A stretch of 64,000 bases of DNA from Dimorphilus gyrociliatus (GCA_904063045.1 CAJFCJ010000005.1:6703-70702); one strand, 5' to 3'. Shown: positions 1 to 13,130, counted from the stretch's first letter. Numbers and translations: made by a program. The notes: generated by a model from the sequence alone, not told the origin.

Positions 1-2460
1 CATTTGCATTTAATATCCTCCTGACAAATTTTACAACAATCTATTGTGTTTTGTACAAGATCAATTGTTGAGTAGATGTAGGCCTGTTTAATAAATTTCC
101 TACCATAGCTCAAGTGATAATTCACTGTTAAAAAAAGAAAAAGATATAGAAATATATGAAATTTGATTTTCATCTCTAACTTTTAATATCTTGAACAATT
201 GCCCAACTTATAACGTAATAATTATAAGCATAGTTTGTCATTGTTATTGAAAAAATTCTTAAATATTTCCCAATAATTTCCCGTTGACATGGAAACATCA
301 AATAAGTTGGTTTTGTAACTCGAATAATATTATCCAGATCTTTGCAAAGTATCTTATCCATCCCATAATTTAAAGCATACATTTTGAAACCAGATTGAAA
401 TTCTATACTATGAGTTAAAAGAAAGCCAACTGCAAAAAATTTGTGATAAACTGGTAATTCTATAAAATAATCTTGAGTAGGATAGTTATTATTACAAATT
501 GAATTTGGATAGATTTGCAAAATCTGGAATGAGTATACAGTACTCGCATAATTCAAATTTAAATTATTAATATTAACTGGTTGTTTTTTGCCAAGAATGT
601 AAACTTCACAAATTTGCATATAATTATTTCCATTAACCAATATTATTGCCTAGTTTGTAGAATGAAATTCTATCGCCAATAAATTTACAATTGAATAGTA
701 GATAGGATAATTCTAGATTATTTGTTATATCTGAACAGACTTGCCTGTGAAAACTAGTATTAAAAATTAATTCTACATCAACTTGAACAGTTTTTAAGTT
801 TTTTTAAAGAAAGAAAAAAAGAAAAGAATATGAACAAATTATAAAAATAAATAAAGAGTAACTGAACCTTCTTTCCTTCTATAGGGCGTGAGAACGTCTA
901 TTTCATTGATCATATAGAAATTACCCATATAGAGTGTTAATCTTCCTTCAACGTTATGCTGAGTTAAAGTACCGGAACAAGATAAAAATCCATTCAAATT
1001 GATATTGTAGGCTAAACTATCAGTAGTTTTAAAGGAAATTGATCGCCTTCGCTATTTTCAGATAAAAGAATAATTCTGTTATATTAAATATTCTTATGCA
1101 ATATTACTGGCTATTTTGAAACTAGGGGTCTGGAAAAAAATCTATTCAATTCCTTCTTTTGGTCATTTTTTTAATTCTATTTGAATCAAATAGGATATGG
1201 GTTCAATTTATTGGATACAAGTTTTTTTCTATCGCATAATGTTCAATAATTTTGGTGTTATTTACTTGAAAATACTTCTACTTCGCAAAATTGAATAAAA
1301 CCATTATCTTTTGATTGATCATTTACAAAAGAACTTCATTGTTGTTTTAAATTTGCGCATAAAATTTAGTGGAGAATCATTTGTCAGTTGAATATCACCA
1401 TTGATACAGTAATTATCCATATGATTCATGAAAATTTTCAACAGTTGAGTATCTATTTATAGAATTTCAATTGAATTAATTTAATAGTTAAAGAACAATT
1501 TTTCAACTGCTAGACTTTACTTTGTTCATTTGTTGGCCATAGAATAATCTTTTTAATAATATGCTCTCCTTCTAGTTCAATTGTAATTTCAGGTTGTCGA
1601 GTAGTAGATTTTAGTATTATTTTACATGAACCCAAAGTAATGTTGCTGCACCTTAGACCATCAACAACATGTTTAGGATGAGACAAAGAACTTTCAAATC
1701 GTCCTATGTAAGAAACTTTTTGATCAAATGCTATATTTGTTTCCTGACCATTTGTAGGCTGAAAGCAGATTAATCTATAATAATCTGAGTTTAAATCCGT
1801 AGTGAATATTTGTAGGGTACGATCGAAAATCTCTCTTGAGTATTGGTCAAACTGTGATATAGTCATGGTTTGATGCTCAGCCCCAATTTTAAATTGTTCT
1901 GTGAAACAACCATTCTGTGTCCATAAGAGAGTAAAACATTCTTCAAACAGTAGTGGCAATTGGCTGTCATCTGTTACACAAACTCCCAGTTTTTGGTCTA
2001 TTGTTAAAGAGTGAAAAAAACACGAAATTATATTTGACATTTTAGAATATTTCCAATATTTCTACCTTTTCGAATGATTACTGAAAAGAGGGAATTACCA
2101 ACTAATGATGATATTCCAGAATAAAAGATGCAATAATAATCTCCATGAGTCGAATCTTCTCTAAATGAAAATCCAACGTAACCATTATTTAGAATAGGAT
2201 TTTTACAAAAATCATAGCATTCATCAATAGTTGCTCCCGAAACAGTTCTTGTATTATTGCCTTTATCAACAAATTTGCTTTTCTTAAGAACTAAACTCTT
2301 TCCTGTCAAAGAGGATTACGTATTAATTTCTAAGATATACTCTTCACTCTCTTACTTTTATTACAAATTTTTGGACCAAAAATGCATACGGATTCGCCCA
2401 ATACACAATTGTCAACATTGCAACAGTCCTCCTTAATTGCGCAAGAATTCTCTATAAAAA
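1..2460 (-). CDS. Multi-exon extracellular mosaic protein with PAN/apple and F-type lectin (FTP)-like domains; possibly disrupted; runs off the window at the 3' end
   Basis: Exons read by eye: PAN-like 'GATIDECYDFCKNP...VGFSF...YYCIFY' (2028-2309); FTP-like 'SCSGTLTQHNVEGRLTLYMGNFYMINEIDV' (~870-1000) and 'FNCKFIGDRISF../YMQICEVYILG' (~590-720, frameshift near 640); second PAN-like exon 'IDCCKICQEDIKCK' (1-145). GT-AG boundaries are visible; the start codon is unresolved. Confidence 0.6.
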
Positions 2461-3430
2461 GTAATAGAATATCATTTTATTCAAAAATGATAAATTGAAC
2501 AATTGATTATATTAATATTTTAGACAATATAAATTGTGTTACTTTGTACTAAAATTTCTCTTATTACTTTTACATTTTGCTGTTTTTTGCTGTTTCTTAA
2601 AATAAGAGAATATCTCTTTTCAAAAGTATTAATATTTCAAAAATATAGGACAAATTTTGGAGGTGAAAACCAAAAGATCAACCTTCATGGCTAAACTGAC
2701 CAATTATTAACTACTGTCATTAGATGATTAGACAAAAAAAACACAAAAGAAGACAACAAATGAATGAAATTGAAATTTTCTCTAACCATTAACATTACCT
2801 AAAAGGAGAAATTATTTAAATATCATTTACCTGAACTATTAAATTCTGTTAGAAGGAAAAGGAAGAGAATTTTAATCAGTAGTGAATATATAATGGTTGA
2901 TAATCGAGTAAATACATTTTTTAGCAATTGTAGTATATAATATGTAAATGGAGATCTTTTAAATATTTAATTATAATTCAATATATTCAGTTTATTTCTT
3001 CATATTGAAAAAAATATGAAAGATATCTTTTTCAAAGATATTAAATGACTGTTCAATTATTCATTCAAATAGATAGGCTGCGGTCATCGGGTAACGGTTG
3101 CCTCTAAGATATTTAAAAAGGCAAAACGTCATGTATAATTAGTGGATAAATTGAAAGATGACAGAGATTTCTCTGCAATTTTACAATTAGAAGAAGGGAA
3201 CATTGATAACCATTTTTCAAACAGAGGCTGCTGGAAAAATGGTGAATGACCTAATGATACTTTTTTGTCTAATGTTGTTACAGAGAGAGAGAATGCTATT
3301 TTCGTTGGAAGTTTTGTTTTGAAAAGAACTATAACCTAGATTTGATCAATACATGTCAATATTTTTCATATACAATAGCAGATTATTTAAAATAATTAAA
3401 TAATCAATAAAACGTTAATATTGATAAAAA

Positions 3431-5500
3431 ATGTCGGTCCGAACGTTGAAAGATATTTCAAGAAATTTCATAAAAGATAATTTATACTTAAATAGTCAAA
3501 TCTGTCAATTAAATTCTATGAATTTACCGCATTCTATTGCTATGAAAATCATAGAAGAATACTGTTATGACAAGTACTCTTATAATCTGAGCGATAATAG
3601 CGGAATATTAACGGATAATCTTCAATTAACTGCCGTATCAATGGAAAGAATTCACGATTTTAGAAAAGAGAAGAATTTCAACTTTTTAAAATATCACCCT
3701 ATAAAATCATTAACATTAAAAGGTTATAGTTCAATTGATCAACTATATCTATCTCCTAAACTGGAAAAATTTGAAATGATTAACTGATGTCTAAAGTTTA
3801 ATGATATAAAATTATTAGGAGATTTATTATCAAAGTGTTATCTCTTAAAAACTATTGACCTTGACAGAACTATCAATAATATTGATAATTCAAATTCTTA
3901 TGGCCTGTGGCAAAGAGGCTTTGGAAATATTTGTATAGGATTAAAATCATCAAAATCTCTTTTAAATCTTAAACTAAAGTGTTTATCACACCAGAGATTA
4001 TCCGATCATCAAGCTATGCAATTAGGAGATTTATTAATTGAATGTTGCTCATTAAAGGAAATTCATTTGAATTTTAAAAGTGAATGTGAGGATGGAATAA
4101 AGAATGTTATTCTAGGCTTAAAAACATCATCGCATACTCTTCAAAATCTATTTTTAGGTTTTTTTCACCAGAAATCTGTAGCTATATATTTGAATTCTTT
4201 ACCATATTTTTCATCTTTAAAACAGGCTGAATTTCAAGCATTTTCTCAACCCCAAAAACATATTATGTAATAATTATTATTCAATGTTTGTAAATCTTCT
4301 ATAAATTCTCTATTAAGTATTAACATTATTGAATGTCCTCTCAATGGAAATGAAGGCCATTTTATTGGTGAATTATTAAACGGATGTACAGCTTTACAAG
4401 AGATTATCCTATGCTTACATTTCAACGATTCTAATCCACTGAAAAAGCTCACTGAAGGGTTGAAATCTTCTTGTAAAACTTTAAGGAAAATTAAAATTAG
4501 AAATTGTTCGCTAGATGGCGTAAAAGGAAGATATTTCAGGGATTTATTCCAACACTGTAATTCATTTAAATGATGTTGACCTATCGACTTACAAATATGA
4601 TTTATGGTTTCATAATCTGAAAACAAATTCATTAAGAGATTATCTCTCTGACTATAATCCGTCTTTGAAGCAAACTCCTTGGCTGGATAAAGCTATTGAT
4701 AGGTTTCTAAGAGATTTTATTCCAATTTTACAACAAATTGTGGTCGCCATATGAGTGAATTTTTCCTCTCTTTATAAAAATCAATCCTATAATAACCACT
4801 TGTAAACCAGAATTGGCATAAAATCTCTTCAGTCATCAAAGTAAAGTATCATCATTATCATCTAAATCTTCAAATATACATTTTGGTAATACAATAAAAA
4901 AAATATTTAATGAACTAGATAAAGGAAAATATGGAGCAGCTGTCTTTGACCTTTACGGATGTCAATTAGAAAATGGAAGAGTATTCTTCTTTCTTGAATT
5001 TAGACTTATATATGAACCAGAGAAGAAGAACACAGAAATTACAAACACATTTGAATGTTTATTAAAAAGTTTAAATTCAAATAGAAATTCTTTATTTAAA
5101 ATTAATTTTTTCAATTATTTTTTAAATGAAGGCAATTTCAACTGCCTAAATAAGATTTTCAATGATTATACTCAACTCCAAGAATTTGGATTTACTGTTA
5201 GGGAATTCTCCGAAAGGAATATTGATGATTTTTTCAACTGTTTAAACAAACTATGGCCTTCACTTTCACATATCTATGTTCTTCATTACAGTCTATCAAG
5301 ATTGGAAGGTCTAATGATAAGTAAAATATTGGAAGAGAACTCTTCTCTTAATCAAATGTTTTTAATATATCTTTCTATATACTGAAATAAAATATAGCAA
5401 GCATTTAATATCACCTGACTTCCAAACTGTGAATAATATTAATATTAAGCCCATAATATATCATAGAATAATTTCAAAAAGAAAATCTTACATGTACAGA
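3431..5500 (+). pseudogene. Intronless RNI-like LRR pseudogene with an N-terminal BC-box/SOCS-box-like motif
   Basis: ORFs 3431-3787 and 4016-4270 are in the same frame. LRR text continues through in-frame TGA (3785-3787) and TAA TAA (4268-4273), e.g. 'GLKSSCKTLRKIKIRNCSL', then frameshifts near 4570. Same repeat type as the LRR ORFs at 22915, 40997 and 52774. Confidence 0.75.
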
Positions 5501-5600
5501 CTTATTTTATGAAAAAGAAAATAGAAACTTGCAGACACAGGCAAACACTCTCACTATCTCTGTCAATCTCTCTCTTTGAATAAATTGCATCATAGCTAAA

Positions 5601-6247
5601 ATGGTTGACAAGTAAGAAATATCTACTTTTTTTTTAATTCCATAATAATCATTGTTAATATTTTAGACAATCAGACATTGAAGTAAATGATGATAAATCT
5701 TCATATGTAAGATAATCTAAATAATTTTAATATGTTGTAATTGAAGAGTATGTTCTTTTAGAAACTTGAAAATTCTCATTCAGTATCAGTGACAGATCAT
5801 GTAACGCTTCATACTGATTTTTACATGGAACCCGCTAATATTGATCCTACTCCTATTCCTAAACCTGCTCCTACTCCTAAATCTACTCCTATTCCTCAAC
5901 CTGCTCCTACTCTTAACTCGGCTCCTAATGTGGATGAATTGATAAATGTTTCAGTGATTAAAGGTCTACGGGTATGGAAAAATATCTCTTTCTTTTTATT
6001 TATATTCAACTGATTTTCAGTCTATTTTCAGTGTGCCAGTGTTCTGTCAATGATAGGCTGTATCATTTTTGGACTAATAGCACTTTGTAAAAGCGAACAA
6101 AGTAAATGGGCAATGAATAGAGGAAATCTTCTAGAAGCAAAGAGATATATTAAATGGTCGCGTCGATTTATTTTAGCAGCCCTTGTATGTTTTTTCCTAA
6201 AGCTAAACCCGCTTTTTTTCTTACCAATCATTCTCGCCTTCTCTTAA
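5601..6247 (+). CDS. CD225/dispanin (IFITM/PRRT-like) membrane protein with Pro-rich N-terminus
   Basis: Phase-compatible exons 5601-5611, 5667-5706, 5762-5971 and 6032-6247 give MVDKQSD...PTPIPKPAPTPKSTP...CASVLSMIGCIIFGLIALCKSEQSKWAMNRGNLLEAKRYIKWSRRFILAALV, matching the CD225 pattern (hydrophobic CxxxGxxA segment followed by GD/NxxxA). Confidence 0.75.
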
Positions 6248-6349
6248 AGCAAATCAAATTAGCTAAATGAAAACGAGTATGAAATAAAATTTTTGGTGTT
6301 TTACACCAATCCCAACAATTAACTGTTTGTTTCCATTTTGTTTGCTCCT

Positions 6350-8746
6350 GAACCCTAGAAATACCTCAGGTCCTGCCTTGAACTTGATCTATTATTATTT
6401 TCGTACACATTTTCTCAACTATTTAAACAAAACCAAATCATAAAGAAATGAAAGAAAAACGACAGAGTGTTTTTACTCGTCGTCCAATATTTTATTACCG
6501 ATTGAACCAGATGACAGATGGCGTAGCAAAACCATTATTACAACTTTTTAGACAGAATACAGTTTTGGCACAAATTTTCAAATGAAACTTTGGAATAGTT
6601 CACAGGAAATATAATTATTTAAATTCATTCCTGCATTGAATATAAATTTATATAGAATATTTTCAAATTCAACATTTTTCTCCTTTTTACAATAAAATAT
6701 AATATATGTTTCTGTATTTGTTATATTTAATAAGCACTGTTTTCCAGTTGAGTGGATTTGGTGTTTTTCAACAGTTTCCTCAGTAAAATTCATTGATTCA
6801 GCTTCAGTTAGATTAACTTGATCTTTTCTTAAGATTAACGGATTAATTATCTTAATCCTCAGCAATTGATCATTCTGAACAGTAAGTTGAATGAATGATA
6901 ATTTAGATCTTATAGGAATAAAAGTGTACAAATGTTCATTAAATATAGCGCAGATAGTTGAAAAATGACTTTGAGAATGTTCAAAAATTGTTACATTTCT
7001 TCCTCCTGAAAACAGAAAGATAAAAAACAATGCTGAATTAGAGAAAAATGATAGAAGACATATGATACCTTGATAATTGAATTTGAAAGAATGAATAGTG
7101 TTGGGTAAATAATTCTTCAGTAATATTTGGCTAACATTAACCGGAAGTTGTAATGTTGATTCAATTTTTCCAATTGTTTTTATACAACCACTTCTATCAA
7201 TTGAACCAAACGTAATTTGAGTCGTTTTAAAATCTAACCAAAGATAACTCCATTCGGCACAATTAGTCATTGATAAGGATTCATTAAAGCTAATAGTTCT
7301 CTTTTCGGGTTTTAGTAGTTCCAATGTTGATTGATCAGACGTGTTAAGCGTTAACGAACAAAACACGGCATCGTCACTTTTAAAGTTCATTTGAAGGGAA
7401 GAAAAGCAAGGATTAGATTGTTCACTTTTCACCTGAAATTTTAGAGTCGTAAGATTCTTATTAAGATTTACAGGCAGATGGTAGAACACGTAATTTGTTG
7501 ATTGAATACTAAAGATATTTTCTTTATCTCTTTCTTTAAAAGAAAAATGGTAATAAAGATAATAAAGAAATTGATTTAATGGTTATTTTAACCTACTCAA
7601 AGCGTAAACATCAATAAAAGCTATTCCAATTGATTGACCTCCATAGATTTCAGATATTTCTAATTGAATCCAATGTTCTATTGAGTTGTTTAGGTAATTC
7701 TGACATTTTCTTGTCCAATCGTCTGGTAAATTCATTTTCTCTTGAATAGAGGAACTCCATTGAACGTTGACAGATTTTATATTATTATATTGAAATAATC
7801 TGTTAACAAAGATATATTAATGAAAGAATCGAGGTGGAGAATAGTAGAAAAAGGTTCCCTCAATAAAATGCCGGTTCCCATCAGTATTACCTGTTAGCAA
7901 TGCAATAGAGTACAGGTTGAGATGGATACGCAAATGTAATATTAATAAATTCTCCTATACAACCATTAGCGCACGTTGGCCGCCAACTCATAGCTATATT
8001 TGGTGTGATAGCCTCATTGCAAGTGGAAAAACTGCTACTTGATTCAAAACAGTTTGCCCCTGAAACGGTTGAAGCAATATTTTCGTAAATTAAATCATTA
8101 CTAGTTGCGCTGTCTGCAAAACAAAAAAAAATTGCAGTTGTAAATTTTGCAGTTTTACAGTTTTAGCAGATTATTATTAACTATACCGTCGTAAGCAAAT
8201 ACTGCAATTGAATTGAATCCTATATGATACATTTGAGAATGGGATACACTTGGTTGTAAATGTATGAAATTAACGTCTCTGCCTTGATTACGTTCCATTA
8301 GAAAGCACGTTTTGTACATATTTAAATTATAAAAGAAATCTTGTCCTTTTCCAAAATTGACTTTCAATGTTTGAATTTTATAAAAATGCTGAACAATTCT
8401 TTGATTTAAACAGAAATAAAGAATATTGTACGTCTTTTGAAAATTGACTTGAATCCATTGATTAACGCAATCGGTGATAACGCAATTCGATGCCCAATCA
8501 TCCATAGATAACAATTTTGATTTTATTGCATTTTCACATTCAAAATTGGAATAGACAAGGTCAGCATGATGAGAAGAGACTTGGCAAGTTGCCAAATGAT
8601 TCGAATCGGCTATGTTTATTAATTTTCTTTCTACTGTTTAAAACTTAATTATTTAATTGATTGAAGTTAATGATTCAAATTTTACTTGATACAAATCCAA
8701 ATGTATAACTGAAGTATGCACTGCAAAATATTCCAAATAGTATCAT
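6350..8746 (-). CDS. Secreted or membrane protein with tandem F5/8-type C (discoidin/galactose-binding-like) domains; 3' exons unresolved
   Basis: Signal peptide exon MILFGIFCSAYFSYTFGFVS (ATG 8746, GT donor at ~8685). Exon 8155-8595 'WASNC...NQWIQVNFQKTYNI' and exon ~7800-8110 'SWRPTCANGCIGEFINITF' resemble F5/8C domains. Further beta-rich exons lie in ORF 6578-7489. Confidence 0.55.
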
Positions 8747-9399
8747 CTATGCTGTTATTTAAAAAGTATGTAACAATGAAACTTGAACATTCAACTACCG
8801 TTGTTTGAATATAAGTAAAACCAATACATTATCATTTCAATTTGTTTAATGATTTCTTATTGATATCTACTGCAAAAATCGAATAATCTCTCTCAATCAG
8901 TTTTGTAAATATGTATATTCAATATAATATATTTTCTATCTATCTTTCATTCTTCTCTCTCCCTTTACAAACACACACACACACAAACACTCAACGAGAA
9001 GAGTTGTAGCGCCATCTTTACGAATATTCATGAGCAAAGAGGCTAAATCTGAGAGATAAAAGACGGTAAGAGACCTGGTTAAAATGATTCAGTGTATGAT
9101 AATAAATTTTTGACAGGCTTCACTTTAAAAAGTGCTCTTACTCAGTTAATTGTATTGATAAAATGAAGGCTAAAAATCACATTAGAAAGAAATGATTTAT
9201 ATCTTCCAATCCTCTGTTAACAATCTATCTGTCTATCTATCTCTCTGCTGTACACACTACTTCTGCCAATTTTCAATATATCTTCTATTATCGTTCTGTA
9301 TTATTCAAATAATATTGAAATATTTTACTTCAACATTCAACTGGTTTAGAGTGTTGGTCTTCTTCATCTGTTGAAGTTTTAAAAATTCAAATCGACATA

Positions 9400-9713
9400 A
9401 TGAAATCATTGGTTATTATTCTATTAATATTTATTATTGTTTGTCAAGTTGATTGTGAATATCCTTTCGATGATGTTCTGGAAAGAAGAGATGATACTTT
9501 ATTGAATAGACTATTTAAAAGATCGCTGGTAAGGAAAATATTTAATTAATATATTGGATTAGGCCTATAACCTTTTTTCTTCTTCATCTCCCCTAGGAGC
9601 TGAAAGACTTTATAGATTGTTTTGGATGTAAAAACAATCGTCGTACAAATCCTTATTGTACAAATTCTATCTACAAGAATCACTGCGCAAAGCGTTTTAA
9701 AGTCTATTATTAA
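9400..9713 (+). CDS. Small secreted prepro-peptide with dibasic cleavage site and a 4-Cys mature peptide
   Basis: Exon 9400-9528, 68-nt GT-AG phase-0 intron, exon 9597-9713: MKSLVIILLIFIIVCQVDC-EYPFDDVLERRDDTLLNRLFKR-SLELKDFIDCFGCKNNRRTNPYCTNSIYKNHCAKRFKVYY*. Absent from the ORF track because it is spliced. Confidence 0.75.
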
Positions 9714-10149
9714 CTGTCTAAATAAATGATACCTTTTACCCGTTTATTCTTGATCTTAACCAAATCGTCAGTCATCAGGATACGTAACTGAAATCTAAAT
9801 CCAATGAGTAATTTGGAGAGGATTCATTCAGTTCGCCAATCATCTTCATTTTCGCCCAAGAATCTCTTTAACACGCGATCTTACACAATATTAAATGAAT
9901 ACCTATTATTAAGGGAAACAAAATTTTCTCTCCTAGCTGTCGATGATTGTTATTTCAAATTATAGACGATTTTAAACAATATATCGTCAATTCAAGTAGA
10001 ATTGAACAAAGAAATAAAGGAATTCAAAAATTTAAACATTGTGAACCAGATCTGAAATTCTACTAATATCTTGAATATAAAATAGAACAATTTCGAAATA
10101 TTCCAAAAATAATGGAACATATTTGAGTTGTTATTTAAAACGTTCAAAG

Positions 10150-10230
10150 TATTTAAATTTTTATTTAAATTTATTTAAATTTATATTCAAATTCATTTGA
10201 ATTTTTATTCAAATTTATTCAAATATTCCA
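10150..10230. repeat. AT-rich low-complexity degenerate tandem repeat (ATTTAAATTT/ATTCAAATTT units)
   Basis: Repeated atttaaattt/attcaaattt words are visible directly. Confidence 0.5.
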
Positions 10231-11213
10231 GAATTATTTAGTTTTATTATTCAAGTTAATTTACCTTCGAAATTAATTTCAGAGAAGAAAAAAGTGTTTT
10301 TAAAAGTTTCTAAAACTTTAACGAACACTAATAATGATTTTGAAGATATTTTAAATATTAGAATATATATTTTGAGTCTTTCAAGGTCAAGGTCGTAGCG
10401 TTCAATTTTTTTAGCGTTTAGACTTTAAAATTGTAGAATACAGGAAATGAAAAGAATTAGAAGAAATATTCTTTATTTTCCATTATTGTAAATGATATAT
10501 TAAACATTTTAAATGATTTAACCCATTTGCAAGTCACTTTCAACGATATTCCAACAAAATGGCTGCTATTCAGAAAGACTTAAATTAATGGTAGAATAAA
10601 AAATAATCATTTTCCTTTCATTCCCTTCCTCCCTTATTTGACAGATGTAACGTGAGTATTGGACAACATCTATCTTAAAATGGAAATTTCAATACAACGA
10701 TTGTTTCAATCCATTGAACACGTACCCATAGCATTAAAATTGTCCCATTTAAGTGATATATCATTCAATAGAGAATTCTCTTAAGATTGTCTGTACTTTG
10801 AATAGAAAAATCTATTTTTAGATTTCAACAAATAGATTTATTTCATATAAAACAAGATTGATATCTTCTGCCTTGGTATTCGAATTAGAAGAATTTTTAC
10901 TGAAGAAACAAGCAATTGCAATATTTTGATTTTTTTCAATATTTTCAAATAAAAGAACCGCTTGAATTTCTCTTTTTTTATATAATAAAATACTTGTATT
11001 TCAAATAATCAGTGCTGCCGCCTTGAGGAGGCAAAGGTCATTCTACTATTAGTAAATTTGTTTCAGCATTATAAATATTGCCCTTGACACGTCCTTGACA
11101 TATTAAACTATTTATGTTTAGGACTATATTAAATTTTAACAAGAGAGAGGGAGAGGGAGAGAGGGTATATCCTAATCAATCATACATTCTAAGAAAGAAT
11201 ATAATACTCTACT

Positions 11214-11229
11214 GTAGTCACGTGACTAC
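11214..11229. promoter_or_regulatory. Perfect 16-bp palindrome GTAGTCACGTGACTAC containing a GTCACGTGAC E-box (CLEAR/USF-type) upstream of the nuclear receptor
   Basis: Read directly; about 270 bp upstream of ATG 11500, next to a GA-rich tract (11142-11165). Confidence 0.45.
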
Positions 11230-11499
11230 CAACTTTGAAAAGAGTTATATTATCTGCAAATAAACAATAATTCAATTTTTAATATGACTTTTATACGAAA
11301 ATAACTTGTTGTATTACGACGAGAAAAAATATATTGCCTCATATTAATAGGCCTAAGAAAAAATCGATTAACGCTATTTATATTGCTAGTCTCGTCCTCA
11401 TTATTACCCTTCGACTGGTGTGAGCATGCAGAGAAACGGCTGTGGAGAAGAGAAACTCTACTGTTGTTACTTTTCCTAGTATAATCAACAATTTAAACG

Positions 11500-12876
11500 A
11501 TGGAATCAGATCAGAGAACGATTATGTCTATTAACGTAGAAGAATTCTTAGGAATAGATAAAACATCGATACCGCCGTGCTCAATCTGTGGTGGTCCTTC
11601 GTCGGGGTAAATAACCTTTCAATATATTTATGTTATTCGTCGTTAACCTATTTATAGAATTGTTTATTAAACATCAACCAGATATCATTACGGTGTGTTT
11701 ACCTGCGAAGCTTGTAAGGTGTTCTTTAGGAGGAGTGCCAAAAAGCACCATCTCTACAAATGTAGTGGAAGAGAAAATTGCAGTCCGGATAAAAATGCCA
11801 TATTCGCTTGTCGCTTTTGCAGATTTGCAAAGTGTTTAGACGTTGGTATGTCGTTAAACTATATAAAACATGGGCGTTACTCTCAAGAAAAGAAACTGTT
11901 AAATAGTAAAAGAATGGCGGAAATAGACTTAAGGAAAAAGAGTATGATGATGTATTCAATTTCTCCATTAGCCAATTTTACGGAAGCTGACGAAATGTTA
12001 ATTGGATGTTGCAACATACTTTCGGATATTCATAATATAAATTGGGAAGAAGATTTCCCGCATTTAGATTGCCTAATTGAATCTGCAAAACAAGGCGTTG
12101 ATAGTATATCGTATCCAATTGAGCAGTATCACGACGTATTCCGTCTATCAGGATTAGAAGTGGACGATAGAAGAAAATTCTCTGGAAAAATTCAACAGAT
12201 AATTGAATATAGTATAAAAAGATGGTCAACAAATTTGAAAAGAATACCTGGTTTTAACGATTTAACTGAAGACGAAATATTCAATCATTTACGTTCATAT
12301 AGCGATATTATCTATGTCACTGTTCTAGCATTAAAGATCCATAATTGGAACGAAGGAGAATATCTTACTTTAAAAATTAGCGATCACAATATTCTAATAC
12401 CTCAAAGAAAGATGGAATATTTTCTCGATGAAAGAGATTTCAATATGAGAAAGAGAATTTCCAATCAACTCTCCAAATTGAATCCAACTTTTGAAGAATT
12501 AACTCTTATTGTTATGCTTAACCTATTAAAACCCAACGAAAACTATCCGCAACTTCAATATCAATATAATAAAATGATTCTAGGCTTTACCAGATATTTA
12601 CAGAGTATCCATGGAAACAATTCTACAGCTAGGATGAATGACATTATAAATTTTCAATCCTTTATCACCATGGAAACGTTCCAAGCTAACAAATGGAGAC
12701 CTAGCGTTAAAGATTATTATCAAACAATATTCTTTAGTGAAATTTTAAAAGATTTTTGGTTTCATCCTTCCGTCCTACAACAGGAAGTGACATTTGATAC
12801 TAGTAGTAGTCTAACCGAATTTGTGAATGACAATGTCCAACTTGAATATTTTAATGAAAGTGTATCATTTGATTAA
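11500..12876 (+). CDS. Nuclear hormone receptor (C4 zinc-finger DBD plus divergent LBD), NR1-like
   Basis: Exon 1 11500-11606 (MESDQ...CSICGGPSSG), 75-nt GT-AG intron, exon 2 11682-12876 (GYHYGVFTCEACKVFFRRS...CSGRENC...CRFCRFAKCLDVGM...HGRYS) followed by a helical LBD-length region. Confidence 0.93.
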
Positions 12877-13130
12877 CAATGTTTGTGATATAACTAATAT
12901 ATCAGTATCTTTATAATTTCCAGTTTTGCAGTATTTACACTTAAACAGCAATCATTGAAAAAATTATTCCTGTATTTAATATTGCAAAAAGTTGTTTTAT
13001 AAAACACTTTAAACAGCACTCTAAATGTATATAATGTGTAAATACTAAAATATCGTTATGATTGTGACGACGATGATAATGGTAATGATTCATACATCTT
13101 GAATATCAATACTCGATTTCAACAACTTAC

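Noticed and set aside
3785-3787. In-frame TGA within continuing LRR text, as possible selenocysteine or readthrough
   Set aside because: The same frame has TAA TAA at 4268-4273 and a later frameshift, and no SECIS was seen; ordinary pseudogenisation explains it.
4246-4632. Antisense ORFs overlapping real genes (also 11726-12232, 17400-17660, 18789-19124, 21815-22476, 23385-23567, 46119-46397, 52823-53020, 54553-54747)
   Set aside because: Shadow ORFs on the opposite strand of recognisable coding sequence, with no domain signal.
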